A program made the translations under genes and the position numbers. 64,000 nucleotides of DNA, taken from NCBI GenBank assembly GCA_963828265.1, contig CAWHEA010000023.1, positions 1,763 to 65,762 of the forward strand. The letters are read 5' to 3'. The DNA comes from an uncultured Gammaproteobacteria bacterium (GTDB lineage Bacteria > Pseudomonadota > Gammaproteobacteria > Steroidobacterales > Steroidobacteraceae). This document shows, piece after piece, positions 49,229 to 59,852 of this stretch (its first letter is position 1; every line of letters begins with the position of its first letter). The notes beneath the pieces were generated by a model. It saw nothing but the letters and a program-made list of their open reading frames with translations, was not told where the DNA came from and searched no databases.

Positions 49229-51140
49229 ATGCCCGCCAAGATCATCCAGCGCAACAAGAAGCCGATGAAGAAGGTGAAGGTCGATTCCGTCACCATCGAC
49301 ATCATCGAGAGCGCCCTGCGCAACGCCCGTTTCGAAATGGACACGGTGCTGTTCCGCACGGCCATGTCGCCCGGCATCCGCGAGCAGCACGACGAGTTCC
49401 CGCATGATCGCCAACCTCGACGGCAAGATGGTCGTCGGCCAGTTCGGCTCGTTCATCCACGGCTTCCTGCAGGGGTACGACGGCACGGTGGAGGAGGGCG
49501 ATGTCTTCCTGACCAACGACCCGTACTCGGTCAACGGCGCGATCAGCCACCAGAACGACTGGCTCATGCTGATGCCGGTGCTTCAAGGACGGCCGCATCA
49601 TCGCCTGGTCGGCCATGTTCGGTCACATGACCGACGTCGGCGGCAAGGTGCCGGGCTCGCTGCCGACGGACGCCCGCACGATCTATGAGGAAGGCGTCTC
49701 GGTGCCGCCGATCAAGATCATCAAGGGCGGCGTGATGCAGGACGACCTGCTCAAGGTCATCCTGCACAACTGCCGGCTGCCCACCTGGAACTTCTCGGAC
49801 TTCAACGCCATCGTCGCGGCGCTGCGCACGGCGGCGATCCGCTGCATCGAGATCTCGACCCGCTTCGGCGACGACGTGTTCTATTCGGCGATGGACGCCA
49901 TGCTCGAGCGCAACAAGCGCGCGATGCGCCAGCTCATCCGCCAGACGGTGCCGGAGAAGAAGCAGTACTTCGAGGACTACATCTGCGACGACGGCCTCAA
50001 CATGGGGCCGTACAAGATCGCGTGCACGATGTGGCGCGAAGGGGACAAGTGCATCTTCGACTTCACGGGCACCGACCCGCAGTCGATCTCGTCGATCAAC
50101 TTCCTGTTGAACGAAGAGATGTTCAAGATGTTCGCGGGCGTCTACATGATCATGGTGTTCGACCCGCAGATCCTCTTCAACGACGGCTTCTACGACCTGA
50201 TGGAAGTGCGCATCCCGCCGGGCACGCTGCTCAAGCCGCTGAAGCCCGCCGCGCTGTCGTGCCGCACGCACGCGCTCGGCCGCATCTTCGACATCCTCGG
50301 CGGCCTGCTGGGCCAGGGCAATCCGGCGTTCATGTGCGCGGCGGGTTCTCGGACAGCCCGCATTTCATGTACTCGGGCTACAACAAGAACGGCGAGTGGT
50401 ACCAGCTGTACCAGATCACCTTCGGCGGCATCCCGGGCAAGCCCTTCGGCGACGGGCCGGACGGTCACTCGCTGTGGCCGTCGTTCACCAACGTGCCGAA
50501 CGAGTTCCTCGAGAGCTACTTCCCGCTGCGCATCGACATCTACGAGACGATTCCGGACACCGGCGGCGCGGGCAAGAACCGCGGCGGCAACGGCCTGCGC
50601 ATCGGCTACCGCTTCCTCGAGCAGGGCGAGATCTCGATCCACGACGATCGCTGGCTCACGTATCCGTGGGGCGTCAACGGCGGCCTGCCCGGCGCGCGCA
50701 GCAAGAAGACGCTGGTGCGCGCCGACGGCACCGAAGAACTGCTGCCGTCCAAGATCGACCGCGTGAAGGTCAACGAAGGCGACCTGCTGCTCTCCGACAC
50801 GTGGGGCGGCGGCGGTTGCGGCGATCCGTTCGAGCGCGAGATCGAGAAGGTGGTGTTCGACGTGCAGGCGGGTCTCGTGACGCCGCAGGGAGCGCGCAAC
50901 TACGGTGTCGTCATCAATACCGACCTGACGGCGGACGTGGCGGCGACGGAGAAGCTCCGTGCGAAGCTCGCGGCGGAGCGCGGGCCGGTGGCGCTGTTCG
51001 ACCGCGGCTTCACGTCGATCGAGTCGCTCAAGGCGCGCTGCAAGGCCGAGACGGGACACGAAGCGCCGCAGCAGCCGAGGTTCTCGGAGCGCGTGCTCAA
51101 GTCGGCCGGCGTCGGCAAGAAGAAGACGAAGGCTGCCTGA
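49229..51140 (+). CDS. hyuB: Hydantoinase B/oxoprolinase-family (HyuB-like) subunit (frame-disrupted)
   Basis: DSVTIDIIESALRNARFEMDTVLFRTAMSPGIREQHDEF, FLTNDPY, GHMTDVGG and PDTGGAGKNRGGNGL. Frame changes occur near 49400, 49590 and 50345. Confidence 0.8.
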
Positions 51141-51141
51141 G

Positions 51142-51781
51142 ATGACGGGCAATGCAGCCGACACGTACACCACGGTCGGCTACAGCTCGCCGAGCTTCAG
51201 CGCCGGGGTGCGCCCGGCCGTGCTCGTCGTCGATTTCCAGCTGGCCTTCACGGATCCGCGGTGGCCCCTCGGCGGGTTGCCGCTGATCCACGCCGCACGT
51301 GACCGCACGGCGCGATCTGCTCAAGCTCGCGCGCGAGAAGGACGTGCCGGTCGCGGCGTGCTACACGGCCTATGGCAGCCTGGCCGACATGCCGTTCTGG
51401 AAGGTGAAGCCGGTCCGCGACGAGTTCTTCTATGGCGATCCGTGCACGGCGATGGATCCGAAGATCCATCACGAGAAGAATTTCACGTACTGCAAGAACG
51501 CGCCGTCGATGTTCTTCCAGACGCCGCTGATCACGTTCCTGGTCAAGCAGCGGGTCGACACCGTGATCGTCACGGGCTGCACCACGAGTGGCTGCGTGCG
51601 CGCCACGATCGTCGACGCGTTCTCCTACGGCTTCCGCGTGCTCGTGCCTGACGAATGCTGTGGCGATGCGGAGGAAGGGCCGCACCAGGCGAATCTGGCC
51701 GACGTCGGTCGCCGTTATGCCGACGTGACGACCACGGCCGAGGTCGTGAAGTACATCAATGCGCTAAGCGCCGCGCGCTGA
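51142..51781 (+). CDS. Isochorismatase-family amidase (N-carbamoylsarcosine-amidase-like; frame-disrupted)
   Basis: PAVLVVDFQLAF, KNAPSMFFQTPL and VIVTGCTTSGCVRATIVDA. The frame changes near 51295. Confidence 0.72.
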
Positions 51782-51787
51782 TCAACG

Positions 51788-51905
51788 CCGCGCGCGCCGG
51801 AAAGGCAGACATGCGCGAGTTGCAGGCGCTCGACCCGGCATTGTCCTGCCGCGCTTGGAAAGGCAGACACGCGCGCGTCAGGACAAGTCGGGTCGAGCGC
51901 CTGAC
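51788..51905 (-). repeat. Two reverse-oriented copies of the conserved-loop hairpin, nested in a 15-bp outer stem
   Basis: GGAAAGGCAGACAT at 51799..51812 and GGAAAGGCAGACAC at 51857..51870. The outer stem is CAGGCGCTCGACCCG (51823..51837) paired with CGGGTCGAGCGCCTG (51889..51903). Confidence 0.7.
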
Positions 51906-51964
51906 ATCACCGTCATCTGTATCTTTTCCGAGTGCACGAACGGCTGAGGCGCTGCAAGGGGCGG

Positions 51965-52190
51965 TTGATCCGGGACCTTCCCCCGAGCGCGTGTCTGCCT
52001 TTCCAAGCTCGGGGGAAGGTCCCGGATCGACCGCCTGCAGCGAGCGCGTGTCTGCCTTTCCAAGCTCGGGGGAAGGTCCCGGATCGACCGCCTGTAGCGC
52101 GCGCGTGTCTGCCTTTCCAAGCTCGCGGGAAGGTCCCGGATCGACCGCCTGCAGCGAGCGCGTACCTGCCTTTCCTAATTGCGAAAGGAC
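51965..52190 (+). repeat. 57-bp head-to-tail tandem array (about 4 units) of the conserved-loop hairpin element
   Basis: GTGTCTGCC recurs at 51991, 52048 and 52105, and GTACCTGCC at 52162, giving a period of exactly 57. The first unit has perfect 22-bp arms: GATCCGGGACCTTCCCCCGAGC / GCTCGGGGGAAGGTCCCGGATC. Confidence 0.85.
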
Positions 52191-52194
52191 AGCT

Positions 52195-53443
52195 TCAGAC
52201 GTGCGTTGGTTCGGATTCGTCGACCAGCACCGTGACGGCGACGTCCGCCGTGACGTTGCCGATCGTGCGGAAGATGTCCGGCAGGATCTCGACTGCGACG
52301 AGAATGCCGAGCACGTCGACGGGCAGTCCCAGCGCGGCGCAGATCGGCGCGACGCTCGCGATGAAGGACACCTGGCCGGGCAGGCCCACGGAGCCGACGC
52401 TGACGGCGAATGGCGACGAAGATCGCGCCGATCATCTGCAGCACGCTCGGCTCGATGCCATACATCGCCGCAATGAAAAAGCAGACGCGCCAGGTTGCCG
52501 AGCGGGCTCGTGTAGCGAAATACGGCGACCGCCAGCGGCAGCACCAGGCTGGCGATGCGCGGCGACACGCCGCAGCCGTTCCCGCGCGCATTCGATCATC
52601 GCCGGCAGCGTTGCGAGCGAACTCTGCGTGCTGGCCGCGACCACCTGCACGGGGGCGACGGCCGATGGCGAACGCGCCGACACGCACGCGTCCCCGCAAG
52701 GCAACGACGACATAAATGAACAGCGTCGCGATCGCGATCACGGCGGCGACCGTCGTCGCGTACTGAACGAGCAGACCTGCCGCGCTGAGCCCTGCCTGGC
52801 GACCCACGCCGAGCGCCAGCGCGAACACGCCGATCGGGGCCACGAGCAGCACCCAGTGCACCATCACCACCATCGCCTCGGCCATGGCGCCGAAGAAGCC
52901 GGTCAACGCGTTGCGTTGCGGCGCGGGCAGCCTCGTGGCGGCAAAGCCGAACAGGATCGCGAACACCACGAGTGCCAGGATCGCGTTGTCTGCCGCCGCC
53001 GCAATGATGTTCGGCGGCAGCAGTTGCTGCAGCCAGTCCGTCCAGCCGATGCTCGTGACCGCGCCCGTGCCGCCCTGGCTCGCGCCGGCGATGAAGGCGT
53101 CGGCGGTTGCACGGTCCACCGGCCACAGCGCGAGCAGGCCTTGCGTCAGCAGGACCGCCAGGGTGCCCGCGACGAGCAGCAGGAAGGTGAACCAGCCGAT
53201 GGCCCGGGATGCCAGCCGTCCGGTCGCCATCGCGTCCGAGACGCTCGCGACGGCTGCGACCAGCATCGAGAACACGAGCGGTCCGACCGTCATGCGCAGT
53301 GCGTTGAGCCAGAGCGTGCCGATCGCTTCGATGCCGCTCGCGATCGAGTGCGCGAGCTCGCTGCCGGAGTGATCGATCCATGCGCCGAGACTGATGCCGA
53401 GCGCCAGCGCGCCGAGGACGATCCAGTGCTTCAGTTGAGCCAC
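52195..53443 (-). CDS. Dicarboxylate/amino acid:cation symporter (DAACS/GltP-DctA family; frame-disrupted)
   Basis: GTG start. Segments LNALRMTVGPLVFSMLV, GSVGLPGQVSFIASVAPICAALGLP and DIFRTIGNVTADV. Three to four frame changes occur between 52400 and 52720. Confidence 0.75.
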
Positions 53444-53453
53444 GGCGCGCGCG

Positions 53454-54258
53454 TCAGTTGGCCGCGAGCCAGTCGAACAGGGTCTGGGCGAAACGCACTT
53501 TCTGCTCCTTGCCGGCGACGACGTGCGCCACATCGTCCCACAGGATGCCCTTGGCGCCCGGAATTCCATGCTCGATCGGCAGCGTAGTGCGCGGCGACGT
53601 CACGACGTCCTTGCCGGCGTGGATGATCAGCGACGGGCAACGGATTGCATGCAGGCGGTCCTTCGAGTTGAACCCGACGCAGGCGTCGATCAGCCGCGAA
53701 TGCGCCTCGTAGCGGCCGTTGAGTTCCTTCCAGCCGCCGGACGGTCCGAGCAGCCGCTCCTTGTGCGCGTTGTAGTACTCCGGCGTCGAAGGAGAGCAGG
53801 GTGACCGCCTTCTGGAACGGCAGGAACCCAAGGTCACGGTGGATCCAGCGGAACATCTCGAGCTGGTCGCGCAGGAAGTCATCGACCTCGCACCAGGCGC
53901 CCATGTTGAGCATGCTGCGGGCGAGGTCCGGCCGGCGGATCGCGATTTCCTGGCAGACGCAGGCGCCCATGCCGACGAGGCCCATCAGGTGCACGTTGCG
54001 CAGGCCCAGGTGATCGAGCAGGCCGATCGCGTCGTTGGCGTGCAGCTCCATGGTCGAGGGCACGCCGAGGTCGTCACCGGACTCGCGAATGCCGCGGTAG
54101 TCGAACAGGATCACCTGGTAGCGCTCGGTCAGGCCGCGCGCCAGGTGATGGTGGTTGTCGTGGCAGAACGTGCCCCAGCCGCCCATGCACAGCACCGGAT
54201 CGCCTTCCCCCAGCACTTCGTAATACATGTCGTGGCCGTTGATGCGGGCGATGGGCAT
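53454..54258 (-). CDS. Alpha/beta hydrolase (frame-disrupted)
   Basis: MPIARINGHDMYYEVLGEGDPVLCMGGWG and the nucleophile-elbow-like LMGLVGMGACV. The C-terminus is CPSLIIHAGKDVV...AHVV. The frame changes near 53790. Confidence 0.7.
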
Positions 54259-54371
54259 TCGAGTCACTCTGGCGGGGGCGGCCCGGAATGGGGCCGCGGG
54301 GATCATTCCACAGCGCTCGCGGACTGGTAAAGTGTCGCACCATATTCCGGACAAGCCCCTGGGGGACGTCA

Positions 54372-55439
54372 GTGACTCACGCTGCCATTACAGGCTGGGG
54401 CAAGTGCCTCCCGGCCAATGTCCTGACCAACGCCGACCTGGCGACGTTCCTCGACACCAACGACGAGTGGATCACCTCGCGCACGGGCATCAAGGAACGG
54501 CGCATCTCGCACGTGTCGCTCGAGGAGATGGCGTACGTCAGCTCCATGCGGGCGCTGGCGGCGGCGGGCCTCGATCCGGCCGACGTCGAACTCATCGTCA
54601 TCGGCACCTGCAGCTTCGACGACCAGGTGCCGAACCAGGCTTCGGGCCTGCAGGTGCGGTTGGGCGCGAAACGCGCCGCTGCGTATGACGTCAACACGGC
54701 GTGCACCAGTTTCCTGTACGCGCTGAGCACCGCCAATGCGTTGATCCGCACCGGCGTCGTCAAGAATGCAGTGGTGGTCGGCGGCGAACTGATCTCGGCT
54801 TTCATGGACTGGCACAACCGCGGCGTGTGCGTGCTGTTCGGCGACGGCTGCGCCGCCGTCGTGCTCGAGGCCACGGACAAGGTCGAAGGCCTGCTCGGCG
54901 AGAAACTCGGCTGCGACAGCGATGCGCGCAACACGCTCGTCGTCGAGGGCATGGGCGGCCGCTACGTCAACCAGGGTCGGCCCTATGGCGAGACTTCGTG
55001 GATTTTCGAGGGTCCGGAAATCTTCAAGCGTGCGGTGCTCGGCATGTCCGGCGCCTGCACGGACGTGCTCGCGGCCCAGGGTTACAAGGTCGACGACGTC
55101 GACGTCGTGATTCCGCACCAGGCCAACCTGCGCATCATGGATGCGGTCGCGAAGCGCGTCGGCGCACCGGCGGATCGCATGTTCGTCAACGTGCACAAGT
55201 ACGGCAACATGTCCGCAGCGACCGTCGCGGTGGCGCTGGTCGAGGCGATCGAGGAAGGCCGCGTGAAGCCCAACAGCCTGTTGCTGCTGCCGGCGTTTGG
55301 CGCGGGTCTCACCTGGTGCGCGCACCTGATCCGCTGGGGAGATCGCACGACGCCGCTCGGTACGACGGACGTCGATCTGCCGCCGAGCGACCGCACGGCG
55401 CTCGAAATCGTGCAGGGTTACCTGACGAAGGCGGGCTGA
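54372..55439 (+). CDS. 3-oxoacyl-ACP synthase III (FabH-like KAS III) family protein with C-terminal extension
   Basis: Intact, with a GTG start. Segments SRTGIKERR, NTACTSFLYAL (active-site Cys), IPHQANLRI and GNMSAATV. About 30 extra residues follow the usual ..GAGLTWCA..RW end. Confidence 0.8.
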   Translation: MTHAAITGWGKCLPANVLTNADLATFLDTNDEWITSRTGIKERRISHVSLEEMAYVSSMRALAAAGLDPADVELIVIGTCSFDDQVPNQASGLQVRLGAKRAAAYDVNTACTSFLYALSTANALIRTGVVKNAVVVGGELISAFMDWHNRGVCVLFGDGCAAVVLEATDKVEGLLGEKLGCDSDARNTLVVEGMGGRYVNQGRPYGETSWIFEGPEIFKRAVLGMSGACTDVLAAQGYKVDDVDVVIPHQANLRIMDAVAKRVGAPADRMFVNVHKYGNMSAATVAVALVEAIEEGRVKPNSLLLLPAFGAGLTWCAHLIRWGDRTTPLGTTDVDLPPSDRTALEIVQGYLTKAG

Positions 55440-55479
55440 GGTCACGGGCGACCGGCATTGCCGGAGCCCGCCGCCAACC

Positions 55480-56349
55480 ATGCCTCCAGCCCGCAAGGCA
55501 TTGCTCCAGATTCACCTTTGCGTGGTGATCTGGGGCTTCACCGCCATCCTCGGCAAGCTGATCACGCTGCCGGCGTTCGCGCTCGTCTGGTGGCGCATGT
55601 TCCTGGTCGTGGCGGCCCTCGTATTCATTCCCGCGTTCTGGCGCGGACTGCGTCGCATGAGCCTGCGCACCATCGGCATCTTTGCCGGCATCGGCGTCGT
55701 GGTCGCGCTGCACTGGGTCAGCTTCTACGGTGCGATCAAGCTGGCGAATGCCTCGGTCGCGGCCACGTGCATGGGCGTGGCGCCGATCATCATGTCCGTC
55801 GTCGAGCCCTGGATTACGCGCAAGCGGTTCGATCCGCGCGAACTGCTGATTGGCGTCGCGGCGATTCCAGGCGTGATGCTGGTGGTCGGCGGCACGCCGC
55901 AGGGCATGCGCCTCGGCATCGCTGCGGGAGTCTTGTCAGCGTTCCTCGTGGCGGTGTTCGGGTCACTGAACAAGCGTTACGTCGAACTCGGCGAGCCCAT
56001 GGCCGTGACGGGACTCGAGCTGGCCGCGGGCACCGCATTTCTGACGCTGCTGGCGGTGATGTTCGGCGGCGATGCCACGAGCCTGCCCCTGCCGGACGCG
56101 CGCGACGCCGTGCTGCTGGTCATCCTTTCGCTGGCCTGTACGTTGTTCCCGTTCGCGCTGTCGCTGGTCGCACTGCGCAACCTGAGCGCGTTCAGTGCCC
56201 AGCTCGCCGTCAGCCTCGAGCCCGTGTACGCGGTGTTCCTGGCGATGCTGCTGCTGGGCGAGCAGCGCGAGCTCGGCCTGCAGTTCTATGCCGGACTGGC
56301 GGTCATTCTCGGCAGTGTGTTTGCGCATGCGGTGCTGAAACGCGCGTGA
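55480..56349 (+). CDS. DMT/EamA-family transporter
   Basis: Intact 289-aa ORF with about 10 hydrophobic segments in two EamA-like halves. Confidence 0.7.
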   Translation: MPPARKALLQIHLCVVIWGFTAILGKLITLPAFALVWWRMFLVVAALVFIPAFWRGLRRMSLRTIGIFAGIGVVVALHWVSFYGAIKLANASVAATCMGVAPIIMSVVEPWITRKRFDPRELLIGVAAIPGVMLVVGGTPQGMRLGIAAGVLSAFLVAVFGSLNKRYVELGEPMAVTGLELAAGTAFLTLLAVMFGGDATSLPLPDARDAVLLVILSLACTLFPFALSLVALRNLSAFSAQLAVSLEPVYAVFLAMLLLGEQRELGLQFYAGLAVILGSVFAHAVLKRA

Positions 56350-56518
56350 ATCCATTGCGTTCTGCTTCTTGCGAGCGATCGCTTTAGCTTCGACGGCGGG
56401 CGACGTGTTACGTGACAATTCATGCGAGCGTGCCGCGCTGCCGGTCGGCAGTTAAGTCCTCGGGCCTCGTGTTCTCTGTCCCGGCGCCTACCGTCAACCA
56501 AGTCCAGGAGATCAAGAC

Positions 56519-57660
56519 ATGGGTCGCTCCGGCAGGCGGGCGATCCTGCAACGCTGCGCGTTCGCGGCTGCACGGTGCCTCGGTGCTGCGGCGGCACTGG
56601 CGGCCAAGGTCCACGCCGCCCAAGGCGCCGGCAGGACACGTGCGTATTCAACGATGGCCACTTCCACCTCACCAACTACGTGCAGAAAGGCACGGACGCG
56701 GCGAAGTACGTCGACGAGATCATGGGCGACAAGGTCTGTCGCTCAACGCTCTTCGGAATTCCGTTGCAGCAGACCTGGGCACATGGGAATTCGGGCGACT
56801 TCGCTCCGACGTATTACCTGCAGACCGACGCCCCGCTCTATTACTACTCGTTCACCGACGCCTACATCGCGCGCGCGTTCCAGAAGTTGAAACCCGCACA
56901 GCAGGCGCGACTCGATCCGATGATCACCGGGTTCAACCCCGCGGACATGTACGCTGCCGATCACATCCGACGCGTCCTCGAAACATTCCCGGGTGTATTC
57001 ACGGGCATCGGGGAGTTCACGATCCACAAGGAATTCGTGTCGTCGAAAGTTGCAGGTGAAGTCGCGAGCCTGACCGACCCGGCGCTCGACCGGATCCTGG
57101 AGTTTGCGGGCGCTGCCGGACTCGTCGTCATTCTGCACAACGACATCGACATGCCGTTCGCCAAGGCCGGCGTGGAGCCCGTCTATCTGACCCAGATGAA
57201 AGACCTGCTGCGTCGTCATCCGCGCACCACGATCATCTGGGCGCATACCGGACTCGGCCGCGTCGTGCATCCGGTGCAGTCGCAGGCCGGGACCGAGGTG
57301 GCGGAGCGGAGTCCGAATCACATTGAAATCCTGCAGACGATGCTGGAGGATCCAACGCTCGCCCACGTGCACTTCGACATCTCGTGGGACGAGGTCGCCA
57401 AGTACGCTGTTTCGTCGCCGCTGGCCATCGACCGGCTGTCGCAGCTGCTGAACGCCTATCCGGATCGCTTCCTGTTCGGCACCGACAACGTCGCGCCGAA
57501 CGACCAGGCGACGCAGATGCGTGTGTACGATATGTGGAACCCGATCTGGGAGAGACTGACGCCCGAGGCCAGCCGCAAGGTCCGGCTGGGTACCTACGAG
57601 CGCCTGTTCGACGGGGCTCGGAGCAAGGTCCGCGCGTGGGAAGCGGCGAACGTCAAATGA
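56519..57660 (+). CDS. Tat-signal amidohydrolase-family (TIM-barrel metallohydrolase) protein (frame-disrupted)
   Basis: N-terminus MGRSGRRAILQRCAFAAARCLGAAAALA is twin-arginine-like. Then FNDGHFHLTNY..., VILHNDID, WAHTG and FGTDN. The frame changes near 56640. Confidence 0.6.
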
Positions 57661-59214
57661 TGAACAGGGACCAGGCACGCATGAACCAGCTCAGGATTGC
57701 AGTGGCAGCAGCGCTCGCGCTGTCACCGATGATGGCCAGCGCTGCCGACTCCTCGGTCGAGGCTCGACTCAAGGCCCTCGAGGAGCGCCAGAATCAGCTG
57801 GAGAAGCAACTGGTCGAGCGCGATGCGCGCATTCTCGAACTGGAGTCGCAGATCAAGACACCCGAGCCGGTAGCCGGCATGGCGCCAGTGGCCGCGCACC
57901 GGCGCCCGTCCAGCCCGCGACGCCTGCCGCGCCAGCGATGGTTGAGGAAAGACAGGTCGTCGATGGTCGGCATACCTTCCGCGACGGGTAGCACCCCCAC
58001 CAACGAGCAGTGGGGGCGCTACGAAGGCGGCAAGGGAATCGTGCTCGCGCGCTCGGACAATGCCGAGGTGGATTTCAGCGCTTTCACGTACGTTCGATAC
58101 CTGAATCAGCTCGACCTCGAAGACACCTACACGGATGCGTTTGGCCGTACCAAGACACTGGACCAGCGTAACGACATGCAGTTGCAGAAGGTCACGCTGA
58201 ACTTCAAGGGCTGGCTGTTCGATCCCGATTTCCGCTACCTGTTCTACACATGGACGGCAAACACGAACCAGGGCCAGTCCGCCCAGGTCGTCGTGGCGGG
58301 CAACCTCAGCTATCGCTTCAACGATGCGTTCAGCCTGGCGGGCGGTATCGGCGGCCTGCCGAGCACACGGACGACGAACTACACGTTTCCGAACTGGTTG
58401 CGCGTCGATAACCGCACGATTGCTGACGAGTTCTTCCGCGGGTCGTATACGACCGGCGTCTGGGCGTGGGGCAAGCTCTGCGACACCGTGAAGTATCGGG
58501 TGATGCTCGGCAATAACCTGAGCCAGCTCGGCGTCGATGCCGAGAGCTCGACGCCGACACTCAATACGGTATCCGGCGCGGTATGGTGGATGCCGACACG
58601 GGAGAGTACGGTCCTGCCGACGGCTTTGGCGACTTCGAGATAGCATCTGACGATCCGCGACGCTGTTCGGCGTCAACTACGACGCGCAGCCGTGAAGACG
58701 CGCCAGAGCCAGCCGGGTCTCGATGATTTCGAGAACAGCGCAGATCCGTCTCTCGGACGGCACCGTGATTTTCCAGACGGATCCGTTCGGCACGGGCACG
58801 CAGGTCAAGAAGGCCACCTACCAGATGATCGGCCGCCAACGCGGGCGTGAAGTACCACGGCTGGTCGCTGGACGGCGAGTACTACTGGCGCAGGGTCGAT
58901 GATTTCCGGGCGACGGGCCCGATGCCGTTCGACGAGATGATCGATCATGGCTTCCAGTTGCAGGGTTCGCGCGATGGTGCTGCCGCAGTCGCTGCAGGCC
59001 TACGTGTCAGGCTCGAAGATCTACGGCGAGTACGGTGACCCGTGGGACGTCGCGCGTCGGCGTGAACTGGTATCCCGATGAAGCGCCGTGAGCTGCGCGT
59101 CAATGTGCAGGGGCTGTACCTGCGAGGATTCGCCGGTCGGCTATGCGAGCGTGCCGTTCGTCGTCGGCGGCAATGGCTGGGTGTTCTACGACGGACGTGA
59201 TGCTCAACTTCTGA
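57657..59214 (+). CDS. Putative outer-membrane porin with N-terminal coiled coil (heavily frame-disrupted)
   Basis: Signal peptide, then a coiled coil ([33 protein letters not shown]). Beta-strand-like alternating segments follow. The shifted C-terminus ends ...GNGWVFYTDVMLNF with a terminal Phe. Several frame changes occur between 57900 and 59190. Confidence 0.45.
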
Positions 59215-59842
59215 GCGGGAAAGGCTGGGTGGTCGCGCGCGGTCGCTTCCACCACCGCCACGCCATCAGTGCCACGTAGGCCGCGATGTAGAGCGCCGGC
59301 TCGCGCCAGTCGGCCTTCACCAGCCACAGGAAGTGCAGGGCGCCGAGCAGGGCGGCGACGTAGACGAGTTTGTGCAGCGAATGCCACCGTCGCCCCAGTC
59401 GTCGCATCCAGCGATCCGTCGACGTGACGGCCAACGGGATCAGCAGCAGCAGTGCCGCGAAACCCACGGTGATGAACGGGCGCTTGACGATGTCCGCCGT
59501 GACGCCGTTGAGGTCGAGCCCGCGGTCGAGCACGAGCCACGTGAGGAAGTGCAGGACCAGGTAGGTGAAGGCAAACAACCCCACCATGCGTCGCAGGCGC
59601 ATCAGGCGGGGCTGGCGCAGCGTGACGGCGGCCGGCCGGACGCAGAGCGTCAACAGGAGCAGGCGCAGTCCCCAGAGACCCAACCCGTGCAGCAGAGCCT
59701 CCACCGGGTTCGGGCCGAGGGACAGGCCGGACACGCCGAATGCGCGCAGCGCCAGCCACAGCAGCGGCAGCGAGCACAGCAGGAACACGACGGGCTTGTC
59801 GGCCCGGAAGCGCTTTGCAGCCGGGCGCGCGGTGGCATTCAC
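59204..59842 (-). CDS. msrQ: Protein-methionine-sulfoxide reductase heme-binding subunit
   Basis: GTG start and a YedZ-like membrane protein: [40 protein letters not shown] and [11 protein letters not shown]. Confidence 0.8.
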   Translation of the reverse strand: MNATARPAAKRFRADKPVVFLLCSLPLLWLALRAFGVSGLSLGPNPVEALLHGLGLWGLRLLLLTLCVRPAAVTLRQPRLMRLRRMVGLFAFTYLVLHFLTWLVLDRGLDLNGVTADIVKRPFITVGFAALLLLIPLAVTSTDRWMRRLGRRWHSLHKLVYVAALLGALHFLWLVKADWREPALYIAAYVALMAWRWWKRPRATTQPFPLRS

Positions 59843-59852
59843 GGTCAGCCGC

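Noticed and set aside
51965-52190. The tandem 57-bp repeats as a CRISPR array.
   Set aside because: The units are directly contiguous with no unique spacers. The period is constant, the repeat is a member of a dispersed hairpin family, and no cas genes are nearby.
51655-52476. ORF 51655..52476 as a repeat protein (19-aa ERVSAFPSSGEGPGSTACS units).
   Set aside because: The ORF overlaps the 3' end of the isochorismatase gene and runs antisense into the DAACS transporter. The repeated peptide is a by-product of a 57-nt DNA repeat. The same DNA core occurs elsewhere in both orientations outside any such ORF.
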